Position numbers and translations under genes: made by a program
Shown here: in pieces, positions 1 to 14,503 of the stretch
Position numbering within the stretch: position 1 is the stretch's first letter
Layout of the letters: the number at the start of each line of letters is the position of its first letter
Notes under the pieces: model-generated
What the model saw: only the letters and a program-made list of their open reading frames with translations
What the model was told of the DNA's origin: nothing
The model's database searches: none
Source of the DNA: Balanoglossus misakiensis
Lineage: Eukaryota > Animalia > Hemichordata
Direction: 5' to 3'
NCBI GenBank assembly: GCA_040954595.2
Contig: CM082578.2
Span: 17,748,628-17,812,627, forward strand
DNA: 64,000 nt

Positions 1-39
1 ATATGCATTGGTAAACAGATTCTGTAAATGGCTACTTAC

Positions 40-115
40 TGGTTTTGGAGCCCTGCCTATACACTTCAGATAAGTTTTGTCCCCCAAACAGTTTCCCAGA
101 CCATGACCAAAACTC
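40..115 (-). CDS. RAD52: RAD52 coding exon 6 (SFGHGLGNCLGDKTYLKCIGRAPKP); gene continues beyond the window
   Basis: tttcag acceptor, CCA|gtaagt donor, 76 nt. SFG..LGNC..DK.YL motif. Confidence 0.95.
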
Positions 116-228
116 CTGAAATACAAGACAGAAGAACATTTTTATAATGATGATTTATTTGGTAGACAGAATGTTATAGAGAGATCACAATATGATGTAC
201 ATGTATATTGCTCTCAAGAAAGTCTTAC

Positions 229-347
229 TTCAGCGCCCTCTTGAGTCCATCTGTAACAGCTTCTTTCCGAGCTTTCTCAATAGACAAGGCTTTAGACTTC
301 TGTCCTTCACTGACTCCATAACCAATATCTTCATGATACATTCCATC
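229..347 (-). CDS. RAD52: RAD52 coding exon 5 ([40 protein letters not shown])
   Basis: cttcag acceptor, AA|gtaag donor, 119 nt. Contains the highly conserved HED.GYG...[16 protein letters not shown] core. Confidence 0.98.
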
Positions 348-862
348 CTGAAGGATAAAGGCAAATGCTAAAATCAATGATTGTGAAACCAAAGCTTCAA
401 ATTGGGCTGAAAATGCCTTCCAATCTTGGATTAGAAAAAAAAATGAATTAAAAGGTGGAATCTTTACCAGTGGAGGTATATCAGGCCGGCAATACTTAAA
501 ACATAAATTTCTTTATTTACCGCTGCACAACTCAGAGAGAAAGGAAGTTACATTTGTGCTTGTATTTGCCGACTTATCATCAGAACAGTATTCTATTATT
601 GATTGATTTGTTCTTTTTAAGGAAACATCGAAGAACTGCAGCAGAACAAAAAAAAACATTGATTTTTGTGTGGGAAAAGCAAAATCTGACATGGTAGATC
701 TCCTTTACACCTCAAAGAAAAAGATGAAATATTGATCCATATTTCAAAGTACAAGTATCAAGTTATGTTCGATTGAGGCAAATTCTTCACTTGACCAGGG
801 ACACATTAAGCTGTTTATTTTCAAATGTAGAATTCAAAATGCATCTGCAAAAAAGACGTTAC

Positions 863-930
863 CTTGAGTTGGACTTTAACAATGGCACTAACTCCAACAT
901 AATACTTCGGTCCAATCTGATCAACAAAAT
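863..930 (-). CDS. RAD52: RAD52 coding exon 4 (DFVDQIGPKYYVGVSAIVKVQLK)
   Basis: 68 nt, phase 1 to 0, AAG|gtaac donor. DFVD...YVGV.A.V.VQLK motif. Confidence 0.97.
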
Positions 931-1148
931 CTATGCACAGTAACAAGTGAGTACACATGTATAGGTAAAACAAAAGTATGAAATAATGAGGATATTTGGT
1001 GATTTAGTCTACATGTACTTGTTACCGAATCATTCAATTACAAATTCTTGGAAGAATGAATATTTTGATGCTTTTGACATTCAATACCTTGCTTCTCCCC
1101 CTCAAAAAAATAAACAAGTGCAAACAAACAAACAAACAAACAAGATAG

Positions 1149-1151
<3 letters not shown>

Positions 1152-1189
<38 letters not shown>
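1152..1189. repeat. (AT)n microsatellite, preceded by an (AAAC)n run at about 1122-1143
   Basis: Directly visible in RAD52 intron 3. Confidence 0.95.
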
Positions 1190-1192
<3 letters not shown>

Positions 1193-1284
1193 TTTTGGGG
1201 AAATCAGAATGACAGAGAAATTTTGTTTTGTAAATAAGCATGATATAACATTGGTTCCTAGTTATCTTCTCATACTAAACTTAC

Positions 1285-1378
1285 CAATATTTTGATTAGT
1301 GATGGAATGTGACCATCCATTGAATCCAAATGTCTCATTTGCCAGTTGAACAATCCTCCAGCCCTCGATGTAAGCTAA
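1285..1378 (-). CDS. RAD52: RAD52 coding exon 3 ([31 protein letters not shown])
   Basis: ttttag acceptor, G|gtaag donor, 94 nt. Contains YIEG....LANE.FG.NGW.HSI. Confidence 0.97.
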
Positions 1379-1555
1379 CTAAAACACACACAGAAAAATG
1401 CAAAGAATATATGTAAACACATTGCCTTGTTTGATCACTTATGATCCTTGTTTTATCTTTATTTCTTATGCACATTGACCATCATAATGTACTGTTTAGT
1501 AACTACCAACTTAGAAAAAGTCCCCTGTGCTGTGTTGTCAGAAGTCTTATAGTAC

Positions 1556-1657
1556 CTTCTGTCCACCTGGACCAGTCCGTTGACTAATGAATTCAGGTCC
1601 CAGTCGCTGACGTAGAGCAGCTTGTACAGCTTTGTGTTCATCTTCAGTAAATTCTGT
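1556..1657 (-). CDS. RAD52: RAD52 coding exon 2 ([34 protein letters not shown])
   Basis: caacag acceptor, AAG|gtacta donor, 102 nt. [16 protein letters not shown] is the Rad52/Rad22 DNA-binding domain signature. Confidence 0.97.
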
Positions 1658-1993
1658 CTGTTGAATCATCACAAACACAAAAATACATGTACATGTCCAT
1701 ATCTACTGACTTAAAATTCAGGCAAGGCAAGGCAAAGCCTGGGTCTTCTGTCGCGATCGATGATCGCTAATAAATCCATACATCCATCTCTATTGTTATT
1801 GAATGGAGGAGGGATCGGGGGTCCCGGAACGACGTCTATTCCTGCATTCACACGGAAAAGACAAGGGGATAATCGAAATTCGTATGTACATTGCACACGT
1901 ACGGAAAATGCGAAGCAACACTGTTTACGCGTCGATCGGTGTGCTTCTTTCGATCGTTACATCTCCGATCTCTGTACAAATCGCAAATTTTAC

Positions 1994-2026
1994 CTGTCCG
2001 AAGCATGCTGTGTATGGTTTTGCCAT
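1994..2026 (-). CDS. RAD52: RAD52 coding exon 1 (MAKPYTACFGQ)
   Basis: ATG at 2026, 33 nt, ends CAG|gtaaaa. CFGQ matches the RAD52 N-terminal motif and splices in phase 0 to the next exon. Confidence 0.85.
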
Positions 2027-2557
2027 CTCGAGCAACTCAAAGTAATTTTTTCTTGATCTCCTGAGACAGAAGCGTTAAAATTGACACGGTTTCCGTCTTC
2101 TTCCGTGTTGTGTACGCTTTTTAAAATGCGCAAACTAAAGTTATTTGAATTTGTGCGCACTTTCCTCTTATTGACCAATCACATCATTTCTTATAATTAT
2201 ATTCACGCTTGCCGTGAAACAATACCTTCATCATCACTTTCATTATCACCTGAAGTCTATTTTTGTCGAATTTGACCCTGTTGCCAGTTCATCTTCTCAA
2301 TTATAGCGGTTTTCGATAACAAAACAGTTCACACTATATAACAAGTCATGAATAATTAATCATGAAGCCATTTTGGATGTCATTCGCCTCGTATAATGAA
2401 TTCAAATCAGACAATGGCTCGGAGAAGTGCACCGTGACTGAGTAAGTTGGCGAAAATTCTCCCAAATATTGTTTGTTTTGTTCGTTGTTGATAGTTTTTA
2501 CTTTACGATGAATAGGTATATTGTATAACCACCTCAGCGGCGAGTTCTTAGCCCAAA
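2027..2557. promoter_or_regulatory. Putative bidirectional promoter and 5' UTRs shared by RAD52 and ERC
   Basis: 531 bp between divergent start codons. CpG-rich relative to the flanking introns, with CCAAT at 2175-2179. TSSs cannot be determined from sequence. Confidence 0.7.
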
Positions 2558-3334
2558 ATGTACAGCCCGCGACGGTCACCGCGACCACAGAGAGATGGGC
2601 AGCACCAACAAACCAGTCTGCAGTATCAATCATCTGAATCAGCCGCAATCGGAGGAGGAGGGTATCAACAGCAACGCAGTCCAGCCCATACCCACGCTTC
2701 CCCTAGGCTTTCCAGCTCCCCTCATCATCACAGCCGGTCACATACCATAGGTGGGAGTAGTAGTATGTCCTCAAGTTCCGGTCATCTACCGATGGAGCAA
2801 GTACAGTCCCTGAGCGCCGTGTACAACACCAGTCTTGAATTTATGGGAGAAGGCTTGCCAGCGAGTGCCAGTGATAGCAGTTCAGGCGGCACCACCAAAT
2901 CGCACTCACTGCCCAGGCAAGGATCGCTGGGTCTGTCGGGACGTTTGACACCGACCCACAACAGATCCAACAGTCTCGGATCGGGGAAAGAATATCGAAA
3001 ACAGCTTCCGGAGCACATGATCCAGACGACAGCAGAAGTGACAATGGCATCTCATCCTCAATCACATTCTCACGTCCCTCAAACTCGTGAACTAAAACAC
3101 GTCAGGGATACTGTCATCCTGGACTTACAAACGCAAATAGCGGAGTTACAGAAGGAAACCAATAGCCTTAAGAAAGATCTTGAAACGAAGGAAAATAAAC
3201 TCCAGTCTAGTATGAACAGCATCAAAACATTCTGGAGTCCTGAACTGAAAAAGGAGAGAGCTTTGAGGAAAGACGAAAACAGCAAATTGGTGCTTGTAAA
3301 TGAACAAAATAATATGGCCCGGGAAGAAAATCAG
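2558..3334 (+). CDS. ERC1: ELKS/ERC/CAST family active-zone protein, exon 1 (Ser-rich N-terminus to ...SSMNSIKTFWSPELKKERALRKDE...ENQ)
   Basis: ATG 2558, CAG|gtaatt donor, 777 nt. SSMNSIKTFWSPELKKERALRKDE is the diagnostic ERC/CAST motif. Probably a pre-duplication ERC1/2 orthologue. Confidence 0.96.
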
Positions 3335-6300
3335 GTAATTATTTTAAAATATTTTTTCCCCGACATTTTCACCTTTGTTTAATATTTTTAATATGTGTCA
3401 GCTCATTGTTATTGTGAGTAAACAGAAGTGTATGTTCCACTTGAAAGGCCAACTTCCTGTCTTTACCAGCAACCTTGTCTGACACATGTTATGCAGTCAA
3501 CAAACCTATTCACACACACCCACAATGCCCTGTGCATTTAGCATTTGGCACCACAGTCATTGAATGAAATGCAAGGGGGTTTGCTTACATCATAGACATT
3601 CTCTGAGTGTCTATGTTTACATCATTCCATTGGAGATCTAGTGACAATTGGGGGTCTATGAATAACCATTGTTTCATGATTGCTTCTGTTATTAAAAACA
3701 CATTGCCCTTGGAAATGTCCACCCACAGTGTTTTCCTAATGCCTTTTAGTTACTTATCCACCCTGCTACTGTTTTTTACATAACAAACATATACAAACAT
3801 AAACAATACAGTTATTATTATCCACTGATAAACTGTCATTATTGATTTTTACCTGACAATCTGCCTTAGAAGTCGGCTGTTATAGGATTGATGTATCTCT
3901 ATAGTAACCAATTTTATAAAAAGAGAAGGTAATATTTCAGTAAATTGAAAGTACAGGGTAGCTCTTTTAAAACATCTTCTATTGATGAAAACTAAAAGTT
4001 TTAGCTGTCTTTAGTCACAGATTTCCAACTTTAGCTGCTTAGCATTATCTCACATTGAGCAGCACAGCTGTTAGGGTCATGACCCTACTTATTTCGCAAT
4101 AGTATTTTCATGTGGGAACCCCTCACGCTGTTTAGAAAAGATGAACTCATAGCAAAATATCTGTCCAATACCTTTTCATTGTTTATCTGTAGAAAAAAGG
4201 TCACACAGTCCATTAGAAAATCTCCATTGTTCAGTCTGAATGTCAAAGATAAAACTAGCAGTCACTGGTGACCTTTGAACCTTGGACGATGAATATTGAC
4301 ATTTGATGGGATAATGAATTCTGATCATTGATTTAAACCAGTGTCACCATTAAGATCAGCAAACAAGGTTAATTATGTAACAAACTCAGAGATACAATGT
4401 GCTCAGAACTGTGAATTTAATTTCTTAGAAGAAGAGCTTGTTATCGTCCTTGCCAACAGGGGCCACCAGCTGCAGAAGGCTAGGATGAAACCAGGCAGGA
4501 AATACAGCTATGAGAAGTGAAATGTCAGTTTAAAGGGAAAATGAAGCAATCATACACCGTTGTCTGTTCTGACAGAATTATAAAGCAGACAGGAAATGAG
4601 AATCAGATGATAATGAATTTTATTATATATAATTCGTTTTGGTTGGGATGTAGCTCGTTATTCATATTTCACAATAGAATGTGTTAGGTTTAATTACTGA
4701 CTAACCAAAGTAAAATGTCACAATGTGAATTTGTGATCTGTAGTAAACGTCACAAAAGTTCAACCAGCTCTGTTTTCTGTCCACCGTATGTTTTCTTTCA
4801 GAGAGGTTAAAAAGAATACAACTCCCCTGTTTATAATAAAAGAAACATGATATATTGACTCAAACAGGCAATTATTCATAAGCTATTTTCACTGTGTATT
4901 GGGTAGGTAGTATCCATTCATGTCAATTGAAATTGCTCGATGTGATATTGGATTTGGATTTAATAGAGAGATTCGTTGTCAGATGAGCTTCATTTTTAAA
5001 ACGAGATTTCCCTCCAGGAACCTCCCAACTTTTTTCATTCCCAAGTCTGTCAAACACCGGATGGCTAGAGAACCCCTGTCTGTACCCCACTCCAATTCCT
5101 TGATGTAGGTTAAGTGCAGAAGCAGGAGGATTTTCACAAAGCTCAAAAAATTATCTCACTCCAGAATAATCAGGGATTTGAAATAGATAAAGTGTGGGTA
5201 AATACTACAAGTGTTCTCTGCAGCAGATTTGTATCAGGGCCTACAGCAAGCCCGCACTAATTACAGGTCTGTTTGGCATCCCTTGAACTCCACTTCCTTT
5301 TCTGCTTTTCTCTTCTTATTTTGAAGTCAGTTCAGTAAATCAGATGTATGGAGTGTTGCTGACCATTGATAAGGTTATACAGTGTTTGAAAGGTTGAGAA
5401 ATAAATAAATAAATAGATTAAAGTGGCAGAATAAAATGAAATTAAAGTTAACGCTCGTAATGTTGAAAGGTATAATCAGAGGCAGTACATGGCATTCAAG
5501 GCTCTTTTCTGTTAATCATATAATAATACTCATGTCAGTCACATTTTATATAAAGTAAATTTTAGGCAAATTTGAATGGTGGTACTGTTGTATTGCTGGT
5601 TCCTTCAACAGATGTTTCTGACAGGTTTATTGTCAAGGGGATTTGTTGTGGAATTATTCGTACACGTACGCCTATCCCTGCAGCATCCATTTTCAGAAAT
5701 AAAAGTGTGTGTTTTTTAAAGAAAGGGTCTTGTATTAAGGTGATTCGCCACCCATTGGCAAAATGGAGTTTCTTTAGTAGATTCAAATGTGAAGGGAAAA
5801 AATGGAAATAAAATCCTCCTCTGGATTGAATGTCAGTTTACAAAGATCTTGCCCCCAAAGTCCGGTAAAGGTGAATAATGCATCATGCACTATGCAGCAA
5901 AAGAAATAGTGGAGTCCCACAAGGTAAGATTCATTCATGAATACTCGCTCTGTCAGACTGTGTGAGCTGCTCTTACTTGGTATGCTGCTCACGTCGATGC
6001 ATTTCAAAAGAAGGTGAACAAAAAAAAAGGCGGTTGGAAATGCAAGATATTTTCTTTTTGGGGGGTAAGATCATTTGTTGAAAAGAATTCTGACTGCAAA
6101 ATACCCAACTAGCCAAAGGATGCATACATGCAAGATTGTTTAATACATCCCATTATTCAGGCATGTTTTACTTCTCTGGTATGCCGAAAGTGTAATCATA
6201 TAATATTGCCTGAACAACATGTTTTAATTAATTTCTGTGATAGCGCAAGCCTTTCTGAATAGTCATGAGGCTTGACATAGCACTGCCTTTATCTAATGTA

Positions 6301-9300
6301 CCTTATTTGACTAATCGGACATCAAAATGTGAGGAATTTCTCATTTATCAAGTCTTCTGTGATCAAAGGTTGCTGGCTTCGATGCTTTGTCAGTAAAGAA
6401 AGGGAAATGAAAAAATGTTGCCGATGTCTGACTTGTAAATATTTAGCAGGAATAAATCTAAGAACTGGTCAGCTTCTTCGTCAGATGTGGTGAGTCACTC
6501 TAAATCTCCCAGAATGCTGTGTGGAGTGCCTCCATTCCTCTTGTGTGTAAAGGATGTTCAACACGCACATAAGATCTGAACTGAAGGACTTTGTTTCCAT
6601 TGTGTTCAGCTGTAACAGAAATTTATAACCGTGATAAGAAAAACTCAAGTCAGTGGCAGAAGATAAGAAAACATATGGCTGGATGATGTTTTTGAAGTGT
6701 ATTGCTTTGTATTGATCGACTTTCAATTCAACTTAACTTGTTCAGAAAACTGTGGTATATGCTTATATGTCTACCGCATCACAGAAAGATTCAGATGTGG
6801 AGATTAAAATTGACATGGTTGTGATTATTGGAAGGGTTTTATTAAATTTCATTCTGGTACCATGAATAAAAACGATTGAGTTGCAAACTCTACAGTTGTA
6901 CAAAATTTTTTTGCAAAATAAGAAATTGATTTTTTCCCTCCGGAAATAATTTTCATCATGGGGTAAATCTCAATATTCCTAAAATTTGACGTTACATTTT
7001 TAACTTCATATTTTTCTTATATTCTATTGTTTCTTCCACAATGTCTTCATTCCCTATCCAGTAAACAAGATCTGATGTAAAATACAGTGTTAGTGTGTTG
7101 TTGAAAGTGGCATCGCATTCTATAAATTAATTGGCATCTAGCTGATAATATATTTAGCCAAGCAAACAAACAGGAACAGGAAGAATGCAAATGAGGCAGA
7201 ATTGGTGCTGAATGATCCCTTGCGTATGAACTCATGAGAGTTAATTAGTTCCCAGTGATGAGTGGAGCTTCCATGATTCTTTCATCATTAAGAGCCCTAA
7301 CGAGCTTGTATCAGAACCAACATCCGGGCAGAGACAGTCACAGTACATCTTAAATTAGGGACAGTTATGTCAGGAATGATTGCCTGATATCATCAACATC
7401 TCGTCATTGGTTACTCCACAATATTGTTCATAGGTATAGCCATGTTTTCAAATGGACCTCAGCAGTTGAACTTCAAATGCCATGCAGTGTAGACATTTTG
7501 GTTGAAGTTGTTACCAGCATTACCTAGGCTCAGAATAAATTGTACAATTTAGTGCGTTTATAGCCAGCAGTACCCATGAATATTGTATTATGGGTAATCA
7601 AATCCTGATGCACCTGTGAAATATGATCTTTGAAACTGCTTCTAAGCCAGTATGGCGCTCTGAGCCATGTTACAACTATGGGTCAGAGACTTTTGTTGTT
7701 TTGTTTGCCTTAAACTCAAGAGTCTTGTTTATAAAGAAATGAAAAACACTTCAGAAAATGCTGTCAAGTGAAGTTTTCAAGGAGAAATCCAATTGACAGA
7801 TAGTTGGTAAAAAAAGTTGGATGTGATATAATATGCAATGTACATGTTTAGCACTTTGAGTTACACCAACAAAACGTTAAAACAGTCAACTTGATTGGAG
7901 TACTATGTTATCCCTATTTTATGTACCTAATCTTACAAACTTGTGCTTAATTGAGTTCTCCCAAGCTTTTAATTCACTGCCAAGGTCCGTAGTTTACTGT
8001 CGCCAATAAAACTTTATCTCGGGAAGTTTTTACTCACAGCTTTTGCACAGCGATATTTTTGGGGGAAAGTTTAATGACTGGTTTTGGTGATAACACACAG
8101 GAGGGTTTTTTATCACCAGGTTTGTGGGTTTTAAATTTAAAAGACGAAGATGTGATAAAGTTCAAGGACATACAGGTGATGCTGCTCCAATCAGACGGCC
8201 GTGACTCCTACAATTGTCAAGTTCACTGTCGGGCAATGATGGGTAGTATACTGTCATTCACTCCTTTCTTTCCTATGAATTCTGCTTCACTGGCTAGCAA
8301 GTTTAGATAATGGCCGATGTGGTTTTACAACTTCAACCAATGCGGTTGGATTAATTCTGTCTTCAGTCTTGCAAATAAAGTACATGTATATCAGGTGCAT
8401 GTCACATAGAGAGTCATTGAACTATTTCTGATCCTCCCTTCCCCCAAAGGCACATTGCCCTTAATTTCACCAGCTTTAGCTTATGAAATTTACCATCACA
8501 ATATAGTAGAGTTGCTCACCAGAGGGCTCAGATAATCTATTTCATATCCACCAGCCCAAAGGCAAGTTTGAGAAAATGGGAACACATGCACATTTGAGGT
8601 CATGAAATGTAATCAAGCACACAGTGATTTGCTTATCACCTCTGTGGGTTCATTCACCAGATTATGGAGTTTCTCTTACATCAAAAGATAGCTTTAGATG
8701 AGTTATAGCTTTCTATATCTACCAGCATATATGATAAAATGTTATATTGGTGAGAACAGAATCCGACTTTGAAGATCTTGGCCCTTCTTGGGTGCATTTC
8801 TACACTATTGATAGAAATTAAAAAGAAACATATTTGATTAATAAATTAAATGCTAAATGTGAAATAAGTGTTAAAGAATGAACCATCACGTGTGACTTTA
8901 GATATAAGAAGCACAATCACTTCAGCCATGGGTTTATTACATGGTCCCCATCTGGATTATGAATGTCAATGTTGTGCATGAAGTTTGTTTGTTACTGCCT
9001 TGACCCAAGCCATGTGTGATATCATGGCATGTTCATAGACAGACTTGGTGTCCTCAATCGACAGTCACACAACTCTTGCCTGCCCAGACCTGCACCGACA
9101 CACAGAGAGGTTAGCAGTTGGAAATGAATCATTGACATTACATAGAGATTCAGTTTATAAACATGATGAAGTTTGGAACAAAGGGTAGAAGTTCAATAAA
9201 CAAGATGATTCAGCAGACAGTTGCAACTTGTGTTTCAATTGGTTGAGGTTTGCCACCAGTATATGATTATAATCATTATTTTTCCATGAAACTGGTCAAT

Positions 9301-12300
9301 TAGTGTAAAAATGACTGTTTTTTTAACAGCACTTGATGCTGTAGTCCACTTCTCCATTATGTACAGGAACATTAAGATGTGGGAAATCACTCAGATGGAG
9401 CAATTCAACTGTACAAATACTTTACAGATTCATTGGACTGAAAACGGAGCAAGCAAAGCAAAGCAACTGTTTGTTCACGGAGTCCCGCACATCAAAGCAG
9501 TTTTACTCGCTGCTGTATCACTGTAATTACGACTGAAACTGTCAGTTGCGTGGTTTACAAATCATTTGATCAGACATTGATGTTTGATGTCATTGCCATT
9601 GACGAAAAATGATGACCTAATTTTCATACTGACGTAGTTTCTTCAGTGAAGAGTGTTTTACCACCAATCCTTTGATTTGCTGCCTGCACATTATATGCAT
9701 CACTTAAAATTATCTAGAAATGTTAACAAGCCAATTGGACGTTTTGTAGTACAAAGGTAGCTTTTGTTTCTTTATGCCAGTACAGTTTGTATTATAATTG
9801 CGATTGTGGGATTTTAGTGATCCTTTGTGATCAGACTTTCACTGAAATATAATCACAAAACCGACATTTTCCATTGTACCATTTGTACCAACTATTGCTT
9901 AGCAACAAAATTTAATCCCTTGATGATCCTGCTGAAAAGCTTCTAGCCAGGCTTCACATTTTCTAACCATACATTATGAATGTGTTTATTCAATATTTGT
10001 ACTGGCGGATTTCATATAATGGTGTCTTTCGCATCGTAATTTCCCCTGATATCAACTAAACTTTAGAATATTAAAATGCCCATACTCAAACAACTTATGC
10101 TGTCTCCATATTGTGACCCCTCACCATTCCTAGACGTATCCATGTAGATTTAAATAAACGTCCACGGCAATTCAGACCCATCAGTACATTATAACCATCT
10201 GGGACTTGTCCAAACTCAGTTTAGGAAAAGTAAAGTCTCACTTTTATCCCTCTGCTCTGAGTGTGACTATAAAGACAGAAATTGGAATGTGTGTCAGAGA
10301 GAGGAGGGCTCTACCTTGAACCTTATGCTGCACCAGCTTTCATTCTGGAAAAGTAGCGTGACATATTATTAGTAAAGGTTGACCTTAGAAAAATGCTTGA
10401 TGCAGTTAACATCAGTTTATCATCAATACTTCGGGATTAAATTACACCTCTTCTGTATACATGCAAGGTGGCCATTCCCCTTTTATTATTAGTTTAACAG
10501 CCAGATAACCAAATGATTTTTTTCAATTCCACCGAGCTGCACAGTAGTCAGAAATTCAATTTGTCTTCAGTGTCACGTTGGTATGCACCGGTAATTGGAT
10601 GTCAATTATTTGGTCTTCGTTGAAGATAGAGTTGTTTAATTGATAACCACCTCATTTCAAAAGTAGACTGTGAAATAACCAGCCTAGTCCTGTCACAGTC
10701 AGGGGTTGGTATTCAGGAGGAATTGTCTCATGCATTTTCTGTGTGACATGTATAAAAGTATTATGCTTACGTTAGTGATGTAAATTGTATCACTGTCTAT
10801 ATACAAGATGGTAAAATGTGATTATGTGATATGCTTTTGGTGTTGGGAAGGTTACAACTACAGCAATAAAACCCTTGTTCACATATCACATATTTATAAA
10901 GGGGAGATCTGACTTCTCTTTCAAGAGTTTTTATGCACCTTTATTTGAATACTACCATTCAGTGTAGCTGGTGTTATCTCACCAATGCTTCTAAAAAAGC
11001 CCATTACAACATAGGCTTGCTGAGGAGTTTATCAAACCTGAAATCATGAATTAAAGTCTGATGAAAACCTTTTACAAGTGACCAATAATACAAATCAGTC
11101 TGATTTACATAGAGAGTATCGCAACACTTGGCATGGGACATTATAATTACACAGATAATACTGCCTTGAGTGAGCAGTCATCTGGAAAATTATTCACAGG
11201 TGAATATTTATCTGCTGTGGTCCATTCCAGACTTTCTCAGTGTTAAATAACATTTCCTGCCATCTTCAAGTAACAGTCGGGTGAATTTTATTTCATTCAC
11301 TGCCATCCCCATCGTCCGCTCGCGCAGGTTTTTGGCTTGACCACAGTCTCCCTTTTTTGGAGAGCAAGACCTTGGTGGGCACAGATGGATAATTCTCTGC
11401 TGAACACAACGATACATCACGCAGCCTGAGTTCTGAAATATTAACATTTATTTAGCTCTACTGCAGAATGCAGGCTAGAACCTCATCGTCAAGCAATTTA
11501 TGCATGACAGGTTTGCCTCATCGCGTCTGTACAGTTATTGAAGATATAAATATGCAATATATCAAGCGGTCAGGGCAGGTGAACCTGAGAATGTGATAAA
11601 TCATGAAAATAAAATACGATGGATCAAGATTCCAAGTGCATAATATGTCAACTGGTATGTTAGATTCTGTCACCAAGGCTGCCTATGTAAATGAAAATTA
11701 ATGCAGTTGTACGAATAAGTATATTACATTCTTTCAGTTTGCATAAATCTACTTAAAATAAACATGGTCCACAATCATTAAAGCATAAATAATAAATAGG
11801 GCATTCCAGAAATTTTAAATACTATTGAACTAGTGACCTTCATATGGTAAATATGATATCCTTGTTAATATTCTCCCAGTAGCCCTTAGTGATAAAATAT
11901 AATGACACACCCAACCAGTTATTTAATTACTCAGAAGATGAGATTATTTTACAAATGTGGAATTTTCTGTTGAAATATATGAATTCCAGTTGGTTAACAA
12001 ATTTACAAGATCACATTTACCTTCACAGCCTCATTTTTCAAGCTGTGTCTTCTATACATATTATCATCATACAGTTACAAAATGTGTAGTGATCACGAAA
12101 AAACATTTGTAAGGCAGCAAACACTTTCACATTTGTAATTGGGGGTAGACAGTATTGCAACATCAAAGTTCCCAGATTGCAAAGATTACTACAATGAAAG
12201 GGCATCACCTGTGAAGAATCATTTCCTTTTGAGTTTTCTGAAATTTCCGGATGCTCTTCCTGTTATAACTTTCCAAGACATTTCCTGGTAAGACACTCCA

Positions 12301-12673
12301 AACTCCCAGTGAGGGTGATTTCCGAGTGCAGCTTTGTCTTGGATGTTGTAATTTGACCCAGCTTTGTTCCAACGAAAACATGAGTCACTCTCGCAAGATC
12401 GATTTTTACACCAAATCAGTTGGTGCCCTCGTCAGTTTTACGTCAGGCACTGTTGAGGGTGAGACATGGAACAAGTAGAGCACACACAAAATCCTCATCT
12501 GACAGGAAATTGGTCCTACAGCATGAAGGCCCACAGTTGTCTGTGTTCAGTGTCTGTACTCTATTGTACAAAGGTAAACAAATCATTCTCAAGTTAAAGC
12601 GTTGTTTAAAAGTGAAGAATTTGAACAACTCCAGTACCATTTACTGAAAACTGTTATTTTTGTTTTATTACAG

Positions 12674-13081
12674 CAATTGACAAAGACCATACAGTCGCTG
12701 CAAGATGAGCTTCGTATGCAGAGAGACTTGAAGCAGCATTTGGAGGATCTTGTAACTCTGAGTTCCTCGCCCCAGGAGCAAGAAATCATAGCTTTGAAGA
12801 CGGAAAAGGAAAGGCAAGGAAAAGAGCTCTTCCTGCTCAGGAAGACCCTGGAAGAGATGGAGCTACGTATTGAGACTCAGAAACAGACATTGGCCGCCAG
12901 AGATGAGTCCATTAAGAAGCTGTTAGAAATGCTGCAGAGTAAAGGTTTGCCTGTCAAGAATCTGGAGGACAACAAAGAGGCTGATCGTATCCGAAACAAA
13001 CTTATTGAAACCCAGGCGAAAGTCTCGCAATTGGAAAGTGCGTTAGGTGGTAAAGATGCAGAGATAAAGAAATTAAAACAG
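12674..13081 (+). CDS. ERC1: ERC exon 2 (QLTKTIQSLQDELRMQRDL...KELFLLRKTLEEMELRIETQKQTLAARDESIKKLLEMLQSKGL...KLKQ)
   Basis: ttacag acceptor, CAG|gtaagt donor, 408 nt. Closely matches the vertebrate ERC coiled-coil motif. Confidence 0.97.
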
Positions 13082-14503
13082 GTAAGTTATTTCAGTCAAG
13101 GGTTGTAGGAACGCGTCTTTCTCACAGTACTGCCATAAGCATTGGGGTACAGTGAATGAGATGTTGGATTTTTGGTATAGTTGATCATACAAAGAGAGTA
13201 TAACTATACAATAGTGCTAGCAACTAAGTATGCCATGAAGATTTACAAGGTCACTCACCAGGAAGTGAAAGTCACTGCTTGATTCCAAAACTGCGCTTTT
13301 ATGAGAAACCTTTTGGAGAATGCATATTCAGTTACAATTTACTGTCTGGTGATTGGAATAGAAGAACTCCTTCCCTGACAAATACTCACAGGAGTTTTAA
13401 AATGGAAGAGGCCTGAAGCCCTGAATAAAAAAGATGTGGCTGAATCAAATGGGGAGGCAATTGGGCAGTGTGAGTAGAGGTGTTCTCTCTGAGGGTGTTG
13501 GGGGGATCAGTTATTTTGCCATTAAGATCAGACGAAGCAAAGATGAAATCAGGAATTGGCACTTCAAAACAAGGATTGAATAAGCTTACATAAAAGATTT
13601 TAGCCCCTTGTTATCTTGATCTGCCAAAATTTGGCTGTGATATAGATCACAAGATGAAAATCCCTGTACGGGTTCTGATGTGGCCACTTTAATACCGCGG
13701 TGTCCTAAAAATAGACTGAACGGCCTTATTGGTGTGTCTGGGTGTTTGAAAAACATGTTGACTCATCAATCTGCTAACTTTGTATACACACAACATGTAC
13801 ATGTAATAAATGTTGTAGCATACTAGATTGGGAGAGTGCATAATACTGAGCCAGTATAGTCTGTTATGAATACAAAACACAAATATCGAATGTCTGGTGT
13901 TTGTTGCATTTAACTGCATGTTGTCGGGACTGAGACTTAAATATAAACTCTAACACTAAATGTTAATGCATCACTCATGATGTTATATATACACAGGAAG
14001 GTACATCCCCATGTGCTATATGGAATGATGTCCTTGACAACATAAAAACTATTAAATACAGCCATTATGAAAATTAATCTCAGTCTGTTTAGCCAGAGTT
14101 GGAAAAATTATTCTTTCATATCCACAAACATAAATGTTTCATTTCCAATAACAGGTACATGACATCCTGTTATTGTATTCAAAGCTGAACAAGTTAATAT
14201 AATCCATCTCTGGTGATGAAACTTTAGAAAGCCGCGAATTTGATATGCAAGGCTGATTTCCTGAATAGGTCAAGAACTAAACAAATTCATTTTTTCTGTA
14301 CAAGTTATTTAGGACACTGCTGCTGCTGATGATCGACAAACAAACTGAGATAATTTTGTTAATGGCTGTGAAGTTCTGCTTCAGTGATGATGATAACAGC
14401 ATGTTGGATATTCGTTAAATACAGTGTTCATACCAAACCATCTTTTTTACTTGATAACATAACTCATCTCTTTTTCTCTATTGACACCTATACCTGTCCC
14501 TAG

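Noticed and set aside
1459-1641. ORF-track peptide [10 protein letters not shown]...
   Set aside because: Wrong frame over RAD52 exon 2.
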